Counted from the stretch's first letter, positions 19,429-30,033 are shown. The stretch is DNA of 64,000 nt from an uncultured Nitrospiraceae bacterium (GCA_963846575.1 CAWJWJ010000001.1:128001-192000); one strand, 5' to 3'. Translations and numbers: made by a program. The notes: generated by a model from the letters alone, not told the origin.

Positions 19429-20589
19429 CTAGAGCGACGGTGATTTGACCTTCACCAGGCGAGGTTTTGAGACGGGGGGCCGCCGCATCACCTGCTTTAT
19501 TGTAGGCCATGGCTGCTTCTTCACGGGCGAGAGAGAGACGGGCTTGCCCGTTCTTGCGGAACGATACAAGGCTTGCACGATCTGGATGTCGATGAGCCCT
19601 TCCTGGCCCGATGGTTCGGGTTGTGAGTTCTTCAGGATACAATTTGAAAAATACACGAGCTCCGGCGCGAACTGATCCCGCGAGGGAAATCGGCGGACCT
19701 TGGTTTTTCCGTTCGACGAAAGCTGTTGCTTGAGAGGTCCTACGTATTCATAGGCAGGGTCTACCCGAACGGAGCCTCTGGTTCCAACCAGATCGTACGC
19801 GGACACGTCGGACGCACCGAAGCTACAGACAAAACTTGCCAGGCGGTTTCCGGGGAAGCGCATGAGTCCCGCCGTCATTTCGTCGACTTCCTTGAACCGG
19901 CGATGATCACCCCGCTCGGAAAAGGCACTGACCGAAGTCGGATTGTCCCTGAAGAGGTAGCGGGCGGCATTGATGCAGTAGACCCCGATATCATAGAGCG
20001 TGCCTCCGCCCAATTCCTTTTGCAGCCGGATGTCCCCCTCGCGCACCTGCATCGTAAATACCGAACTGAACAACCTTAAATCGCCGAGCGTCCCGGCTTG
20101 CGCAAGTTCGACCGTGTTCATGTTGGCCTCTTCCAAATGCAGTCGATAGGCCACCATGAGTTTCACCTTCGCCTTGTCCGCCGCATCGATCATACGTCGG
20201 CACTCCTCTTCCGTCACCGCCATGGGCTTTTCGCACAAAACATGAATGCCGGCTCGCGCTGCCCGCACGGAGTACTCGCAATGTAGATGATTCGGGAGGG
20301 CGATGTAGACGGCATCGATGTGCCCATCCCGCAGACATTGGTCATACTTGTCGTACGTATAGGTATGGGGAATTCGATATGTTCTGCTGAGCTGTCGAAG
20401 CTTCGTAGGATCATCCGACACGAGCGCCGTGATCACTGAATTGGACCGGGCATGGGCAAACGCCGGCAATACCGCGACTTGAGCAATATGGCCAAGTCCG
20501 ACAATGGCGTAACGTATAGGTTTGGCCGGCCGGCGATTCGATGAGCGGAGGGTGGTCCGAGACTTAGTGGAAACTGTGCGACGGGGCAA
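19429..20589 (-). CDS. Gfo/Idh/MocA family oxidoreductase
   Basis: VGLGHIA, HVLCEKPMA, GGGTLYDIGVY; TTG start. Confidence 0.9.
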   Translation of the reverse strand: MPRRTVSTKSRTTLRSSNRRPAKPIRYAIVGLGHIAQVAVLPAFAHARSNSVITALVSDDPTKLRQLSRTYRIPHTYTYDKYDQCLRDGHIDAVYIALPNHLHCEYSVRAARAGIHVLCEKPMAVTEEECRRMIDAADKAKVKLMVAYRLHLEEANMNTVELAQAGTLGDLRLFSSVFTMQVREGDIRLQKELGGGTLYDIGVYCINAARYLFRDNPTSVSAFSERGDHRRFKEVDEMTAGLMRFPGNRLASFVCSFGASDVSAYDLVGTRGSVRVDPAYEYVGPLKQQLSSNGKTKVRRFPSRDQFAPELVYFSNCILKNSQPEPSGQEGLIDIQIVQALYRSARTGKPVSLSPVKKQPWPTIKQVMRRPPVSKPRLVKVKSPSL

Positions 20590-20739
20590 GGGTGACCTCT
20601 CTGGAAGGTAGAGTATTCCGGAGTGGACCTGGACGCAGCTAGTGATTTCCCTCGTTATAAATGTAGTACTGGCGTTCTTTGAAGCAGGGCGCCGACTCGT
20701 CGTGCTGGTGCGGTCGGCGCCCTCCTTTCTAAAGGAAAG

Positions 20740-21327
20740 TTACTGGAAAGTGTACCGGACGCCGAAAATCATGCTGAGAGCAGAGGCTTCGCCGATATCG
20801 GCCTGGTTTCGCTTCCAGGCCACTTCGGTATTCAGCATAAGCCCTTTAGGCGCGCCGGAAAACCAGTTCGTCAAGGCGTAGTCCAGACCGCCCGCCGTTC
20901 TCCACGCAAAGGTGTCTTTCACATCTTTGGTATTGATATTGACGCCGATACCTGTTGAGACGTAGGGAATGAGTCCGCCGATATGACCGGGGCGGAATTC
21001 GAGCATGAGTGGGAGCAACGAAATGGTATCCAGGGACCCCCTGGCTTGATCTAGGCCGTGGTTCTCCCATTCCAGCATAGCTCCCAACCTGAACCACCGG
21101 TTGATTCCATAGAGAGCTTGAAAATTCAGCGCCGGCCCCGTGGTGTCCAACTGGCTCGGTTGAGTAATAAAGCTGGGACCGACGCGGATGCCCGTCGTCC
21201 ATTTTCCCGGCTCGGCCATGCCCTCATGCACCCATTCCGCCGCCACGCCAGGACTAGGCAACCATGCCAGCATCGCGCCCGCCAGGAACCCCATCCGCAT
21301 CAGATTCTTCATCCCCCGAGCCTTCAT
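20740..21327 (-). CDS. Outer-membrane beta-barrel protein (8-strand type)
   Basis: Signal peptide, amphipathic strands, PYVSTGIG, C-terminal GVRYTF; AAAGGAGG RBS. Confidence 0.8.
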   Translation of the reverse strand: MKARGMKNLMRMGFLAGAMLAWLPSPGVAAEWVHEGMAEPGKWTTGIRVGPSFITQPSQLDTTGPALNFQALYGINRWFRLGAMLEWENHGLDQARGSLDTISLLPLMLEFRPGHIGGLIPYVSTGIGVNINTKDVKDTFAWRTAGGLDYALTNWFSGAPKGLMLNTEVAWKRNQADIGEASALSMIFGVRYTFQ

Positions 21328-21450
21328 CTCGACCTCCTTTGATGTGACCAAGTTAGGTAACTACGTCGTACGGCGAACCCTATGTACCATACCTTGCTTG
21401 ATTACCGCACTAGGGAGAACGATAGTGACCTGTTCCATGAAGCTGCCGGG

Positions 21451-21478
21451 ACTTGTGAAGGATCACTTGTGAAGGATC
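21451..21478. repeat. Perfect 14-bp tandem direct repeat
   Basis: ACTTGTGAAGGATC occurs twice back to back (21451-21464, 21465-21478). Confidence 0.9.
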
Positions 21479-21548
21479 CCGGCCCCGCTGCGGTCTGGCC
21501 ACGCCGCAGGAACTGAGCAGACAAACTACTGAGGCCGGCAGTGGAATC

Positions 21549-21980
21549 TTACGAAGTGTGAGACGTTGGGAAGTCAGTGAGGAAGGTTTTAATTTGGTGG
21601 AAAATTTCGTCGCGCACGCGCCGGAATACATGCCTTCGCGCGCTGTCCGTCTCAGCCGGTGCGGCCGGATCGTCAAAACTCCAATGCAGGAGGTGTGTGG
21701 GACCCGGCCAGATCGGGCAGGATTCTCTGGCGCGATCGCACACCGTGATCACCTGATCGAACGGTTGGCCCAGGAACTCTGCGACATGTTTTGAACGATG
21801 TCTCGAAATATCGATACCGACCTCTGACATCGCCTCGACCGAGCCCGAATTGAGTCCAACGGGGTTGGTGCCCGCGCTGAACACCTCGAATTGATCGCCT
21901 GCCAGATGACGCAACCATCCCTCCGCCATCTGACTCCGTGCAGAGTTTCCGGTGCAGAGGAACAAGACACGGAGTTTCAT
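21549..21980 (-). CDS. arsC: Arsenate reductase, thioredoxin-coupled (LMW-PTP fold)
   Basis: CTGNSARS P-loop, CDRARESCP, FDDP; ATGA overlap with acr3. Confidence 0.92.
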   Translation of the reverse strand: MKLRVLFLCTGNSARSQMAEGWLRHLAGDQFEVFSAGTNPVGLNSGSVEAMSEVGIDISRHRSKHVAEFLGQPFDQVITVCDRARESCPIWPGPTHLLHWSFDDPAAPAETDSARRHVFRRVRDEIFHQIKTFLTDFPTSHTS

Positions 21981-23071
21981 GGTCCGACCTCCCGGCCGAA
22001 CCAGTGCCTGGTTCTATTGCACATGTTGCAGACCGACAACATGACCGGCACTTCCACCAATACGCCGACGACCGTAGCCAAGGCTGCGCCGGACTCCGGT
22101 CCAAATAAGGCGATGGCCGTGGCGACAGCCAGCTCGAAGAAATTGCTGGCCCCGATGAGCGCACCGGGAGCAGCGATCGTATAGGGGACTTCCCATCGAT
22201 GCATCAATCCGTAGGCCAGTGCCGCATTCATATAGACCTGCAAGAGAATCGGCACGGCGATTAACCCGACGTGCAGGGGTTTGCCCAGGATGTTCTGCGC
22301 CTGAAAGGCAAAGATCAGCACCAAAGTGAGGAGTAACGACGCCATCGTGACCGGGGCAAATCGCGGGAGTAACACTTCCTCTACCCATTGTCGGCCATGG
22401 CGATGCACGAGCCACAATCGAAGACCTCCTCCAACCACCAATGGAATCACGATAAAAATCGCCACCGAGTACAGCAATACATCAAACGGAACCGCAATCG
22501 ACACAGCGCCGTGTACGAGCAGCCCGACAATCGGCACGAACAGGATCAGCAAAATGAGGTCATTTACGGCCACCTGAACGAGCGTGTAGGCAGGATCGCC
22601 CTCCGTGAGATAGCTCCAGACGAACACCATGGCCGTGCAAGGAGCGGCGGCAAGAATAATGGTTCCCGCGATGTATTGGTCGGCCTCGCCCGGTGTGATC
22701 CACGAGGAGAAGACGTATCGGAAGAACAGCCAGGCCAGGAAGGCCATGGAGAAGGGCTTAACCACCCAGTTCACGAATAAGGTGATGAGTAATCCAACCG
22801 GTCGCTTTCCTACATCACGAATGACAGCAAAATCGACTTTCATCATCATCGGCACGATCATGAACCAAATCAGCACCGCGATCGGCGTATTGATATGACT
22901 ACCCTGCCCGAACTCCGCGTCTCGAAGACTCGCGATCAGGCCAGGGGCGGCCTGTCCTATCACCACTCCCGCCACCATGCATGCCGCCACCCAGACTGTG
23001 AGATAGCGATCAAAAAATGAGAGTCGCCTGACGGTTACCTGTGGCCGATCGATCGATGAAGCTAATTCCAT
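21977..23071 (-). CDS. acr3: Acr3 family arsenite efflux transporter
   Basis: LSFFDRYLTVWV, AAAPCTAMVFVWS, GASNFFELAVA, GVLVEVPVML. Confidence 0.95.
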   Translation of the reverse strand: MELASSIDRPQVTVRRLSFFDRYLTVWVAACMVAGVVIGQAAPGLIASLRDAEFGQGSHINTPIAVLIWFMIVPMMMKVDFAVIRDVGKRPVGLLITLFVNWVVKPFSMAFLAWLFFRYVFSSWITPGEADQYIAGTIILAAAPCTAMVFVWSYLTEGDPAYTLVQVAVNDLILLILFVPIVGLLVHGAVSIAVPFDVLLYSVAIFIVIPLVVGGGLRLWLVHRHGRQWVEEVLLPRFAPVTMASLLLTLVLIFAFQAQNILGKPLHVGLIAVPILLQVYMNAALAYGLMHRWEVPYTIAAPGALIGASNFFELAVATAIALFGPESGAALATVVGVLVEVPVMLSVCNMCNRTRHWFGREVGP

Positions 23072-23107
23072 ATCTGTATTCCTTGGGCTTGGACACTTGA
23101 ATGCCGG

Positions 23108-23932
23108 TTAATCGGTACCGACCGGTTTTGCCGCACGTATAAAGGCACTCATGAACTTGCCTTCCATCTCATCCAAGAACCGCTCATCGTTCAGGTCGGC
23201 ACCGACCAGAAATGCTTTGACATCGACGGCCTGATAGACGCGCGTGGGTTCGATTCCGATCTCGACAAATCCCGCTTGGTTCAGCAGGCTTCGATACTCC
23301 ATCTCTTCGAGCGCTCCGGCCACGCAACCGGCCCATAAATCAAGATTCCGCCGCACTTCGGACGGAACTGCGCCTTTCACCACTATGTCGGACAGAGCCA
23401 GTCGCCCGCCGGGACGCAGAACACGGAATGCCTCCTCGAGCACCCGTTCTTTTTCGCCCGACAGATTGACGACGCAATTGCTGATGATCACATCCACCGA
23501 TCGATCGGGTAGCGGGATCTGTTCGATGGCCCCTTGTAAGAATTCAACGTTCTCCACGCCGGCCTTGCGCTGATTATCCCTCGCCAGGGCCAACATCTCG
23601 TCGGTCATGTCCAGGCCGTACACCTTTCCTGTCAGACCCACCCGTTTCGCAGAGAGCAGCACATCAATCCCGCCGCCGGATCCGAGATCCAGGACGGTCT
23701 CACCGGGACGGATTTCCGCCAAAGCGGTTGGATTCCCACAACCCAGCGAAGCAGCAACCGCGTCCACTGGCAGTTGCTCACGCTCCCCATCCGAGTATAA
23801 ATTGGAGGTGATCGGGTCGACATTTGCCATCGGTGGAGCGGCACCACAGCAGGAACTGCTTCCGCTCCTGACTTGCCTGGCAGCCGCACCATATTTTTGC
23901 TTGACGAGATCTAGTATCTCCTGCGGGTCCAT
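23108..23932 (-). CDS. arsM: Arsenite S-adenosylmethyltransferase
   Basis: [36 protein letters not shown]; start chosen from the RBS. Confidence 0.93.
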   Translation of the reverse strand: MDPQEILDLVKQKYGAAARQVRSGSSSCCGAAPPMANVDPITSNLYSDGEREQLPVDAVAASLGCGNPTALAEIRPGETVLDLGSGGGIDVLLSAKRVGLTGKVYGLDMTDEMLALARDNQRKAGVENVEFLQGAIEQIPLPDRSVDVIISNCVVNLSGEKERVLEEAFRVLRPGGRLALSDIVVKGAVPSEVRRNLDLWAGCVAGALEEMEYRSLLNQAGFVEIGIEPTRVYQAVDVKAFLVGADLNDERFLDEMEGKFMSAFIRAAKPVGTD

Positions 23933-23955
23933 CCTCAATCCCTCCTCAGGCATCC

Positions 23956-23971
23956 ATCAATATTTATTGAT
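23956..23971. promoter_or_regulatory. ArsR/SmtB-type operator between arsR and arsM
   Basis: ATCAA-TATTTA-TTGAT palindrome. Confidence 0.75.
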
Positions 23972-23988
23972 TCATCCGACAAAAAAAT

Positions 23989-24309
23989 TCAACAACAGCT
24001 CGCAGCCCGCCGCCCCCTCTTGGCCTGCCTGAAAGAGTCCACGAGTCCGTCCAACTCATCGAGGGCTTCGGCATTGACGCTGTAATACATCCACCGACCG
24101 TCCCGCCGGTCGATAATCAACCTCGCGTCCTTCAGCACCCTGAGGTGAAAGGACAGCCGTGACTGTCCGGATTGCAGTTGGTCCGTCAACTCGCAGACAC
24201 AGCGCTCTCCGTCCTTGAGCTCCTCAAGAATCTCCAACCGAGTCTGATCCGAAAGCGCATGAAACAGTTCAGCGGCGCGGGCCGGATGGTGAACCACACT
24301 TTTCTTCAT
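23989..24309 (-). CDS. arsR: ArsR/SmtB family repressor
   Basis: [31 protein letters not shown]-terminal CC. Confidence 0.95.
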   Translation of the reverse strand: MKKSVVHHPARAAELFHALSDQTRLEILEELKDGERCVCELTDQLQSGQSRLSFHLRVLKDARLIIDRRDGRWMYYSVNAEALDELDGLVDSFRQAKRGRRAASCC

Positions 24310-24314
24310 GCCAA

Positions 24315-24344
24315 ACAATATATCAACAAATCTTGATCAGTCAA
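24315..24344 (-). promoter_or_regulatory. sigma70 promoter of the ars operon with embedded ArsR operator
   Basis: TTGACT (24344-24339), 18 nt, TATTGT (24320-24315). The spacer contains ATCAA-N6-TTGAT (24322-24337). ATG lies 5 nt after the -10. Confidence 0.8.
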
Positions 24345-24433
24345 GCACCACCATCTTAGCTGTTGCTCGCAGGTGCCCACTTTGTTAAGGTGCACCAGTG
24401 GCGACTTTGCCACTTCACTGAATTGAGTCACCT

Positions 24434-25471
24434 ATGGTTTGGGACCCGAAAGATCCTTGGAGCAAAAAAGGCGATGACTTGGATCAGGCCTTTAGACAGG
24501 CCCAAGGCCAGCTACGTAATCTCCTCCCCACCGGTGGAATCCGTAACCTCGTGGTCGTCGCGATTGCGATTTTCCTTATTTGGCAAAGTGCGTTCATTGT
24601 GGCGCCGGACGAGGAAGGCGTGGTCAAACGCTTCGGCATTCCAGTGCGAGTCGTCGATCCCGGTCCTCACATGAAGATTCCGATCGTCGAAAGCGTATTG
24701 CAGCCGAAGGTGGCAAAGCTCCACCGGGTTGAAATCGGGTTTCGCAAGGATCGCCAAGGCCGCCAGCAGATGGTGCCACAAGAGGCCTTGATGCTGACCG
24801 GCGACATGAACATTCTGGCGATTGAGTTCATCGTCCAATACAAGATCAAGAGTTCACGTGAATATCTGTTCAATGTGGCGGACATCGACGAAACCATCGG
24901 GAAGGCGGCGGAAGCCTCGATGCGGGAAGTTATCGGCAAGAGCAAGATTGATGAAGCCCTCACCACCGGTAAAGCGCAAATTCAAAGCGACACCCAGGAC
25001 CTTCTGCAGCACATCCTGGACGATTATAAAGCCGGCGTGCAGATTGCCGCGATTCAGCTGCAGGATGTCGATCCCCCCGAGGCGGTGGCTGCAGCGTTCA
25101 AAGACGTAACCAATGCCAAGGAAGATCGCGAAAAATTGATCAACCAGGCGCAGGGTTACCGTAACGACATTACCCCCAAGGCCAAGGGCGAGGCGGCGCA
25201 GCAAATCAATCAAGCGAAAGGGTACGCGCAGGCGAGACTCAACCGAGCCCAGGGGGAAGCCAATCGATTTCTGGCGACTTTAAAGGAATACAATCAGGCC
25301 AAGGACATTATCAGTAAACGGATTTATATCGAAACCCTTGAAGACGTGCTGCCGCACATCGACAAATTTGTCCTCGACGGTAAGGGTGGAGACCGTACCC
25401 TCCCATTTCTGCCGCTCGACCGGTTCACCAAGCCGGCCCCATCCGGTACTTCGCAGGAACGGACGCCATGA
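24434..25471 (+). CDS. hflK: FtsH protease modulator HflK
   Basis: MVWDPKDPW N-terminus, SPFH domain, MLTGDMNI, AFKDVTNAKEDREKLINQA. Confidence 0.95.
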   Translation: MVWDPKDPWSKKGDDLDQAFRQAQGQLRNLLPTGGIRNLVVVAIAIFLIWQSAFIVAPDEEGVVKRFGIPVRVVDPGPHMKIPIVESVLQPKVAKLHRVEIGFRKDRQGRQQMVPQEALMLTGDMNILAIEFIVQYKIKSSREYLFNVADIDETIGKAAEASMREVIGKSKIDEALTTGKAQIQSDTQDLLQHILDDYKAGVQIAAIQLQDVDPPEAVAAAFKDVTNAKEDREKLINQAQGYRNDITPKAKGEAAQQINQAKGYAQARLNRAQGEANRFLATLKEYNQAKDIISKRIYIETLEDVLPHIDKFVLDGKGGDRTLPFLPLDRFTKPAPSGTSQERTP

Positions 25472-26328
25472 GCAAACAAGGATTCATCCTGGCTTTTGTC
25501 GGCATCATTCTCGGGCTCCTTATTTTAGGCGCGTCCCCGTTCTACGTGGTCGACGTGATCCAAAATGCCATTGTGGTTCAATTGGGGAAGCCGGTCCGGA
25601 ACGTGACTGAGGGCGGTCTCTACATGAAGATACCGTTCATTGAGGAAGTCACCTACTTCGATAAGCGCCTGCTGGACTATGATTCTAATGCGCAGGACGT
25701 CATTACGCAGGATAAGAAAACCCTGCTCCTCGATAATTTTGCCAAATGGAGAATAACGGACCCGCTCAAGGTTTATCAGGCCTTCCAGAGTCAACGAGGC
25801 GCCCTTCAACGATTGCACGACATTATTTACTCGGAGCTGCGCGTTGAACTGGGACGGCACGAACTGGCAGAGATCGTCTCCTCGACCAGGGCTCAACTCA
25901 TGGCCGTGGTGACACAGCGGGCGAATGAAAAAGCGTCGGTTTATGGAATTGAAATTCAGGACGTCCGCATTAAGCGAGCCGACCTGCCTGAGCAGAACGA
26001 AAAGGCGGTATTCTCCAGAATGCAAGCCGAGCGGGAACGGCAGGCAAAACAATATCGAGCGGAGGGTGCGGAAGAATCTCAGAAAATCAAATCCGAGGCC
26101 GAAAAAGATCGGGAAATTATTCTGGCAGAGGCCTATCGAGAGTCAGAGGAACTTCGGGGAGGCGGAGACGCAAAGGCATTCCGAATCTACGCGGATGCCT
26201 ATCGCCAGGACCCTCGTTTTTTTGAATTTACCCGCACGATGGAAGCCTACCGCAAAACGCTTAAAGACAGGACAACCATCCTCGTGAGCCCAGACTCCGA
26301 ATTTTTCCGGTTCCTCAAGCAACGTTAA
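25468..26328 (+). CDS. hflC: FtsH protease modulator HflC
   Basis: SPFH domain, RMQAERER, FFEFTRTMEAY, PDSEFFRF; ATGA overlap with hflK. Confidence 0.95.
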   Translation: MSKQGFILAFVGIILGLLILGASPFYVVDVIQNAIVVQLGKPVRNVTEGGLYMKIPFIEEVTYFDKRLLDYDSNAQDVITQDKKTLLLDNFAKWRITDPLKVYQAFQSQRGALQRLHDIIYSELRVELGRHELAEIVSSTRAQLMAVVTQRANEKASVYGIEIQDVRIKRADLPEQNEKAVFSRMQAERERQAKQYRAEGAEESQKIKSEAEKDREIILAEAYRESEELRGGGDAKAFRIYADAYRQDPRFFEFTRTMEAYRKTLKDRTTILVSPDSEFFRFLKQR

Positions 26329-26335
26329 CAGCGCT

Positions 26336-28024
26336 CTACGAAAGCCCGACAATTTCTCCCGTCTGCGGATCCGTATCGATTCGTTCACCGACAGGCCGCC
26401 TCGGCAGGCCGGGCATCAGCTGGATTCCTGAACACACTGCCGTCAGGAATCCCGCACCCGCCAGGATCCGAACTTCCTGAATCGGGACGGTAAAACCGGA
26501 TGGTCGCCCCTTTAGTGCAGGATCATGGGAGAGGGACAGTGGTGTCTTCGCCATACAAATCGGCAAGTCGTCGGATCCCATTCTGGTCGCCAATTCTATG
26601 TCTCGTTCGGCTTGAGGCGAAAATGAAACTCCCGCCGCGCCGTACATCGTGGTCGCGATGGTCTCAATCTTCTTCTTGATAGGCCACGAGAGATCGTACA
26701 GATGTTTGAACTGTGTCTCTTGCGCAGAGATTTTGACGACAGCCCGTGCAAGGTCCTCCGCCCCACGCCCCCCATCAGCCCAGTGTGTCGACACCGCGGC
26801 CGCATCCGCACCCGCAGATTTCGCGCGTTCGCAAACCCAACTCAATTCCTCCGGCGAATCATCCTGGAAGGCATTTACAGCCACTACTACCGGGACCCCA
26901 TGAGCCCGCACGTTTGCAATATGCTGCTCCAGATTCGCAAATCCTTTTTCCAAGGCACTCTGATTCGGCCCGGATAGTCCGACGGGCAATGGGCTCCCTG
27001 CTTTTGCTACGCCCCCACCACCATGAAGTTTGAGCGCCCGAAGCGTCGCCACCACTACCCCGACATCGGGGCGGAGGCCTGAATTCCGACACTTAATATT
27101 GAAGAATTTCTCAGCGCCCAGATCACTGCCGAATCCGGCCTCGGTCACGACATATTCGGCGCAGCGCAAAGCCAACCGGTCCGAGATAACTGAGCAGTTC
27201 CCATGAGCAATATTTCCAAATGGCCCGGCGTGAACAAACGCCGGTGTCCCTTCCAGGGTCTGCACCAGATTTGGCAATAACGCGTCCTTCAATAACACCG
27301 CCATAGAACCAGCGCAACCGAGAGCTTCTGCTTTCGCGAACTCTCCGCTCTCAGTCAGACCAACGAGAATTCTCCCCAGACGTTGACGCAGGTCCGCCGG
27401 ATCACTTGCCAGAGCCAGAACCGCCATGATTTCAGAGGCCTCTGTAATCACGAACTGCCCGGACCGTGTATCACTACCTGCGCCGATCATGATATCTCGC
27501 AACGCTCGATCACTCACACCAACCGTGCGAGGCCATCTGATCGTCTGCGGATCAAGCTTGAGCGCGTTTCCATGGAAGAGATGGTTATCTACAAATGCTG
27601 ACAGCAGGTTATGACTGGCTGATACCGCGTGTGCATCGCCTGTAAAATGGAGATTGATCTCCTCCATCGGACAAACCTGCGCTCTCCCTCCTCCGGTCCC
27701 TCCGCCTTTAATTCCAAAGACCGGCCCCAGAGACGGTTGCCTGAGGGTGACCGCTGATCGGTATCCCAAGCGACAGAGTCCCATGCTCAGACCAATGGAG
27801 GTGGTCGTTTTCCCCTCACCCAGCGGCGTCGGGTTAATGGCCGTCACCAGAATATACCGCCCCAGTGGCCTATGCTGAAGTCGATTACCCAAGCTGAGGG
27901 AAATCTTTGCCTTGTATCGGCCAAACGGAACTACATCGTCTGAACTGATACCCAAGGCCTGTGCGACCTCAAATATGTGTTTCAGAGCAACAGAACGAGA
28001 TATCTGCAGGTCATTCATGGGCAT
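26336..28024 (-). CDS. fhs: Formate--tetrahydrofolate ligase
   Basis: TAINPTPLGEGKTT, GIKGG, INLHFTGD, HAGPFGNIAHG, TEAGFGSDLGAEKF. Confidence 0.97.
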   Translation of the reverse strand: MPMNDLQISRSVALKHIFEVAQALGISSDDVVPFGRYKAKISLSLGNRLQHRPLGRYILVTAINPTPLGEGKTTTSIGLSMGLCRLGYRSAVTLRQPSLGPVFGIKGGGTGGGRAQVCPMEEINLHFTGDAHAVSASHNLLSAFVDNHLFHGNALKLDPQTIRWPRTVGVSDRALRDIMIGAGSDTRSGQFVITEASEIMAVLALASDPADLRQRLGRILVGLTESGEFAKAEALGCAGSMAVLLKDALLPNLVQTLEGTPAFVHAGPFGNIAHGNCSVISDRLALRCAEYVVTEAGFGSDLGAEKFFNIKCRNSGLRPDVGVVVATLRALKLHGGGGVAKAGSPLPVGLSGPNQSALEKGFANLEQHIANVRAHGVPVVVAVNAFQDDSPEELSWVCERAKSAGADAAAVSTHWADGGRGAEDLARAVVKISAQETQFKHLYDLSWPIKKKIETIATTMYGAAGVSFSPQAERDIELATRMGSDDLPICMAKTPLSLSHDPALKGRPSGFTVPIQEVRILAGAGFLTAVCSGIQLMPGLPRRPVGERIDTDPQTGEIVGLS

Positions 28025-28233
28025 CCTCTTCGCATTAAGAGTGGCACGGATTTTTGAATAAGAGGTGGTACACGGATATCACACCGTAGTGAAGCGCAAA
28101 CCACACTGGCACCCAAAGCGCCTTAGGGGAGGAGGATATACGATAGAATACGGGGGCAGAATAGAGACTACGAAGAATCAACCGAGAGGGAAATCGAGGC
28201 GGTCGTAGAAAACTCTTAGTTGGAACGAGACGA

Positions 28234-29253
28234 TTAATCGAGAATGAATTTGGTCGGATCAAGCGCCTGACCGTTTTTCTTCACCATGTAGTGGAGGTGG
28301 GGCCCGGTGGAAAGACCAGTGCTTCCGACAAGAGCCACGACATCACCACGCTTTACACGCTGTCCCTCTTTCACAAGAGACTTGGCAAGATGTCCGTACA
28401 CAGTTTCAATACCGTACCCATGATCCAACTTGACCATGTTACCCATTTTTGAGTCGAACGCGACTGTGACGACACGCCCCAGCGCCGGAGCTTGAACCGG
28501 AGCATTGGGCGAAGCGCCGATGTCAAGGCCGTCATGCCAGGCCGGCTTCTCTGTAAAAGGAGAAACCCGAGGGCCAAACGCGGAGGTCACCCAGCCGCGC
28601 ACAGGCCAAATCGAAGGGGTTGATGCCCATTGGGTAGAGCGCTGCTCTGCGATTTGAGCCAGATTTTGCAAGGCCTCCTCCTGCTGAGCCGCTTCGCGCA
28701 CCAGGGCCTCAATGCTGTCGCGCACTTGTTGTGCGATTTCTTCTATATTTTCTGTACTGAAGTCAGCGTCCGCCTGGGTACTCTCACGGGCGTCCGAGGT
28801 CTGCTGACGCGGTTCGGTACCGGATAAGGTCGCCCCGCTCCGCTGTAGACTCTCCCTGCCATCCGGCATAGGACCGTCATCGCCACCCCGCCCGTTTGCC
28901 AGATCGCCCGCTGGCTTTGTTGTATCAATTCCCAGCATGACACGAAGACGCTGATTAACTTCTCCCATGACCGACAGGCGTTTTTTTAAATCATCAATTG
29001 CGGCCGAAAAGGCGGCTGTTTGTTCACGCGCCCCCATGGCCTCGGCCCGAAAAGCGGACAATTGCCACACTTCCCCAGTCCGAATGACGTAATGGGAAAC
29101 AACCAGCAGATCCGCGACAATTAAAATGGCGGCAAGAATCAGGAGCTTGCGCAAAAATTTGCGCGGGAAGCTAAATCGCAGGGGCTTCGAGGATGATCCT
29201 CTAAAGACGACAATGGTGTAGGCGTCACTGGTTTCGGCCGTTTGCTGACTCAT
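28234..29253 (-). CDS. M23 family metallopeptidase with TM anchor and coiled coil
   Basis: HDGLD (HxxxD) and GPHLHY (HxH) motifs. Confidence 0.92.
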   Translation of the reverse strand: MSQQTAETSDAYTIVVFRGSSSKPLRFSFPRKFLRKLLILAAILIVADLLVVSHYVIRTGEVWQLSAFRAEAMGAREQTAAFSAAIDDLKKRLSVMGEVNQRLRVMLGIDTTKPAGDLANGRGGDDGPMPDGRESLQRSGATLSGTEPRQQTSDARESTQADADFSTENIEEIAQQVRDSIEALVREAAQQEEALQNLAQIAEQRSTQWASTPSIWPVRGWVTSAFGPRVSPFTEKPAWHDGLDIGASPNAPVQAPALGRVVTVAFDSKMGNMVKLDHGYGIETVYGHLAKSLVKEGQRVKRGDVVALVGSTGLSTGPHLHYMVKKNGQALDPTKFILD

Positions 29254-29307
29254 ACGACGGTCTCCCCTTCACGAGTTATCCCTGACTTCGGGCCCACCAC
29301 TGCCTGC

Positions 29308-29336
29308 AGTGTACTGATCTGTGGCTTGATGGTCAA
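29308..29336 (-). promoter_or_regulatory. sigma70 promoter for the M23 gene
   Basis: TTGACC, 17 nt, TACACT. Confidence 0.6.
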
Positions 29337-29371
29337 CCCCTGGCAGTCAAATATTAATAGATTAGAATCAA

Positions 29372-29701
29372 CTACTTATGCGTTTCCGCCTTGATCCATT
29401 CCAAATACGTCGCGGACCCCCTGACGATAGGAAGAGCGATGATTTCCGGAACACTGTAACTATGATGCTTCCGAATAAGCGCTTCGAGTTCAGCATATCG
29501 ATCCAAGGTAGTTTTGAAAAGAATCAGACATTCATTCTCCACATGCATCTCATTGTCCCACCGAAAAATTGACTGCATACCTTTCACGACATTCGCACAA
29601 GCAGCCACCCCTGAAGATACAGATAAGACACCAAGCTGTTGGGCCTCCTCAGCGGACGAGGCGGTAACGAGTACGACAATATCCGATACAGCTATATCCA
29701 C
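29372..29701 (-). CDS. cutA: Divalent-cation tolerance protein CutA
   Basis: AACANV, SIFRW, KT, HSYSVPEII, YLEWI; GTG after GGAGGG. Confidence 0.92.
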   Translation of the reverse strand: MDIAVSDIVVLVTASSAEEAQQLGVLSVSSGVAACANVVKGMQSIFRWDNEMHVENECLILFKTTLDRYAELEALIRKHHSYSVPEIIALPIVRGSATYLEWIKAETHK

Positions 29702-30003
29702 GGCCCCTCCATCACAAAGCAAATAACATGCCTACAGACTCGCCAACGGCATCGGAAATCATAACTTATCAAAGCTTTATAAAATATTGGGTGGTTCGCT
29801 TCTTTCTGTTATGAGGGCAGAATAATGGTCGGTATGTGAACATTGTGCTGAAAAATGAACAACTCAACTCTACCCCACAGTAGCCCTTGCCCATTGCGCC
29901 ATCATACTTTGCAAAATTCCTTGGTCGTTTAATACATTACAAATCAGAGCACACCTCTCCACTTGAGCAGAAGGGCCGATCAGCAACTGAACACTTGTCA
30001 GAG

Positions 30004-30033
30004 TTGACACTCCTTTTCCGGCTCCCTTATGAT
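30004..30033 (+). promoter_or_regulatory. sigma70 promoter for the rhodanese gene
   Basis: TTGACA, 18 nt, TATGAT. Confidence 0.7.

Noticed and set aside
28035..28233. ZTP or THF riboswitch upstream of fhs
   Set aside because: No GACTGGCG...GTGG...CCAC...GCCTGGGC or THF-aptamer-like motif on the minus strand.
29740..29960. oriC or dif site in the AT-rich spacer
   Set aside because: No TTATCCACA cluster or XerC/XerD arms recognisable, and no dnaA context.
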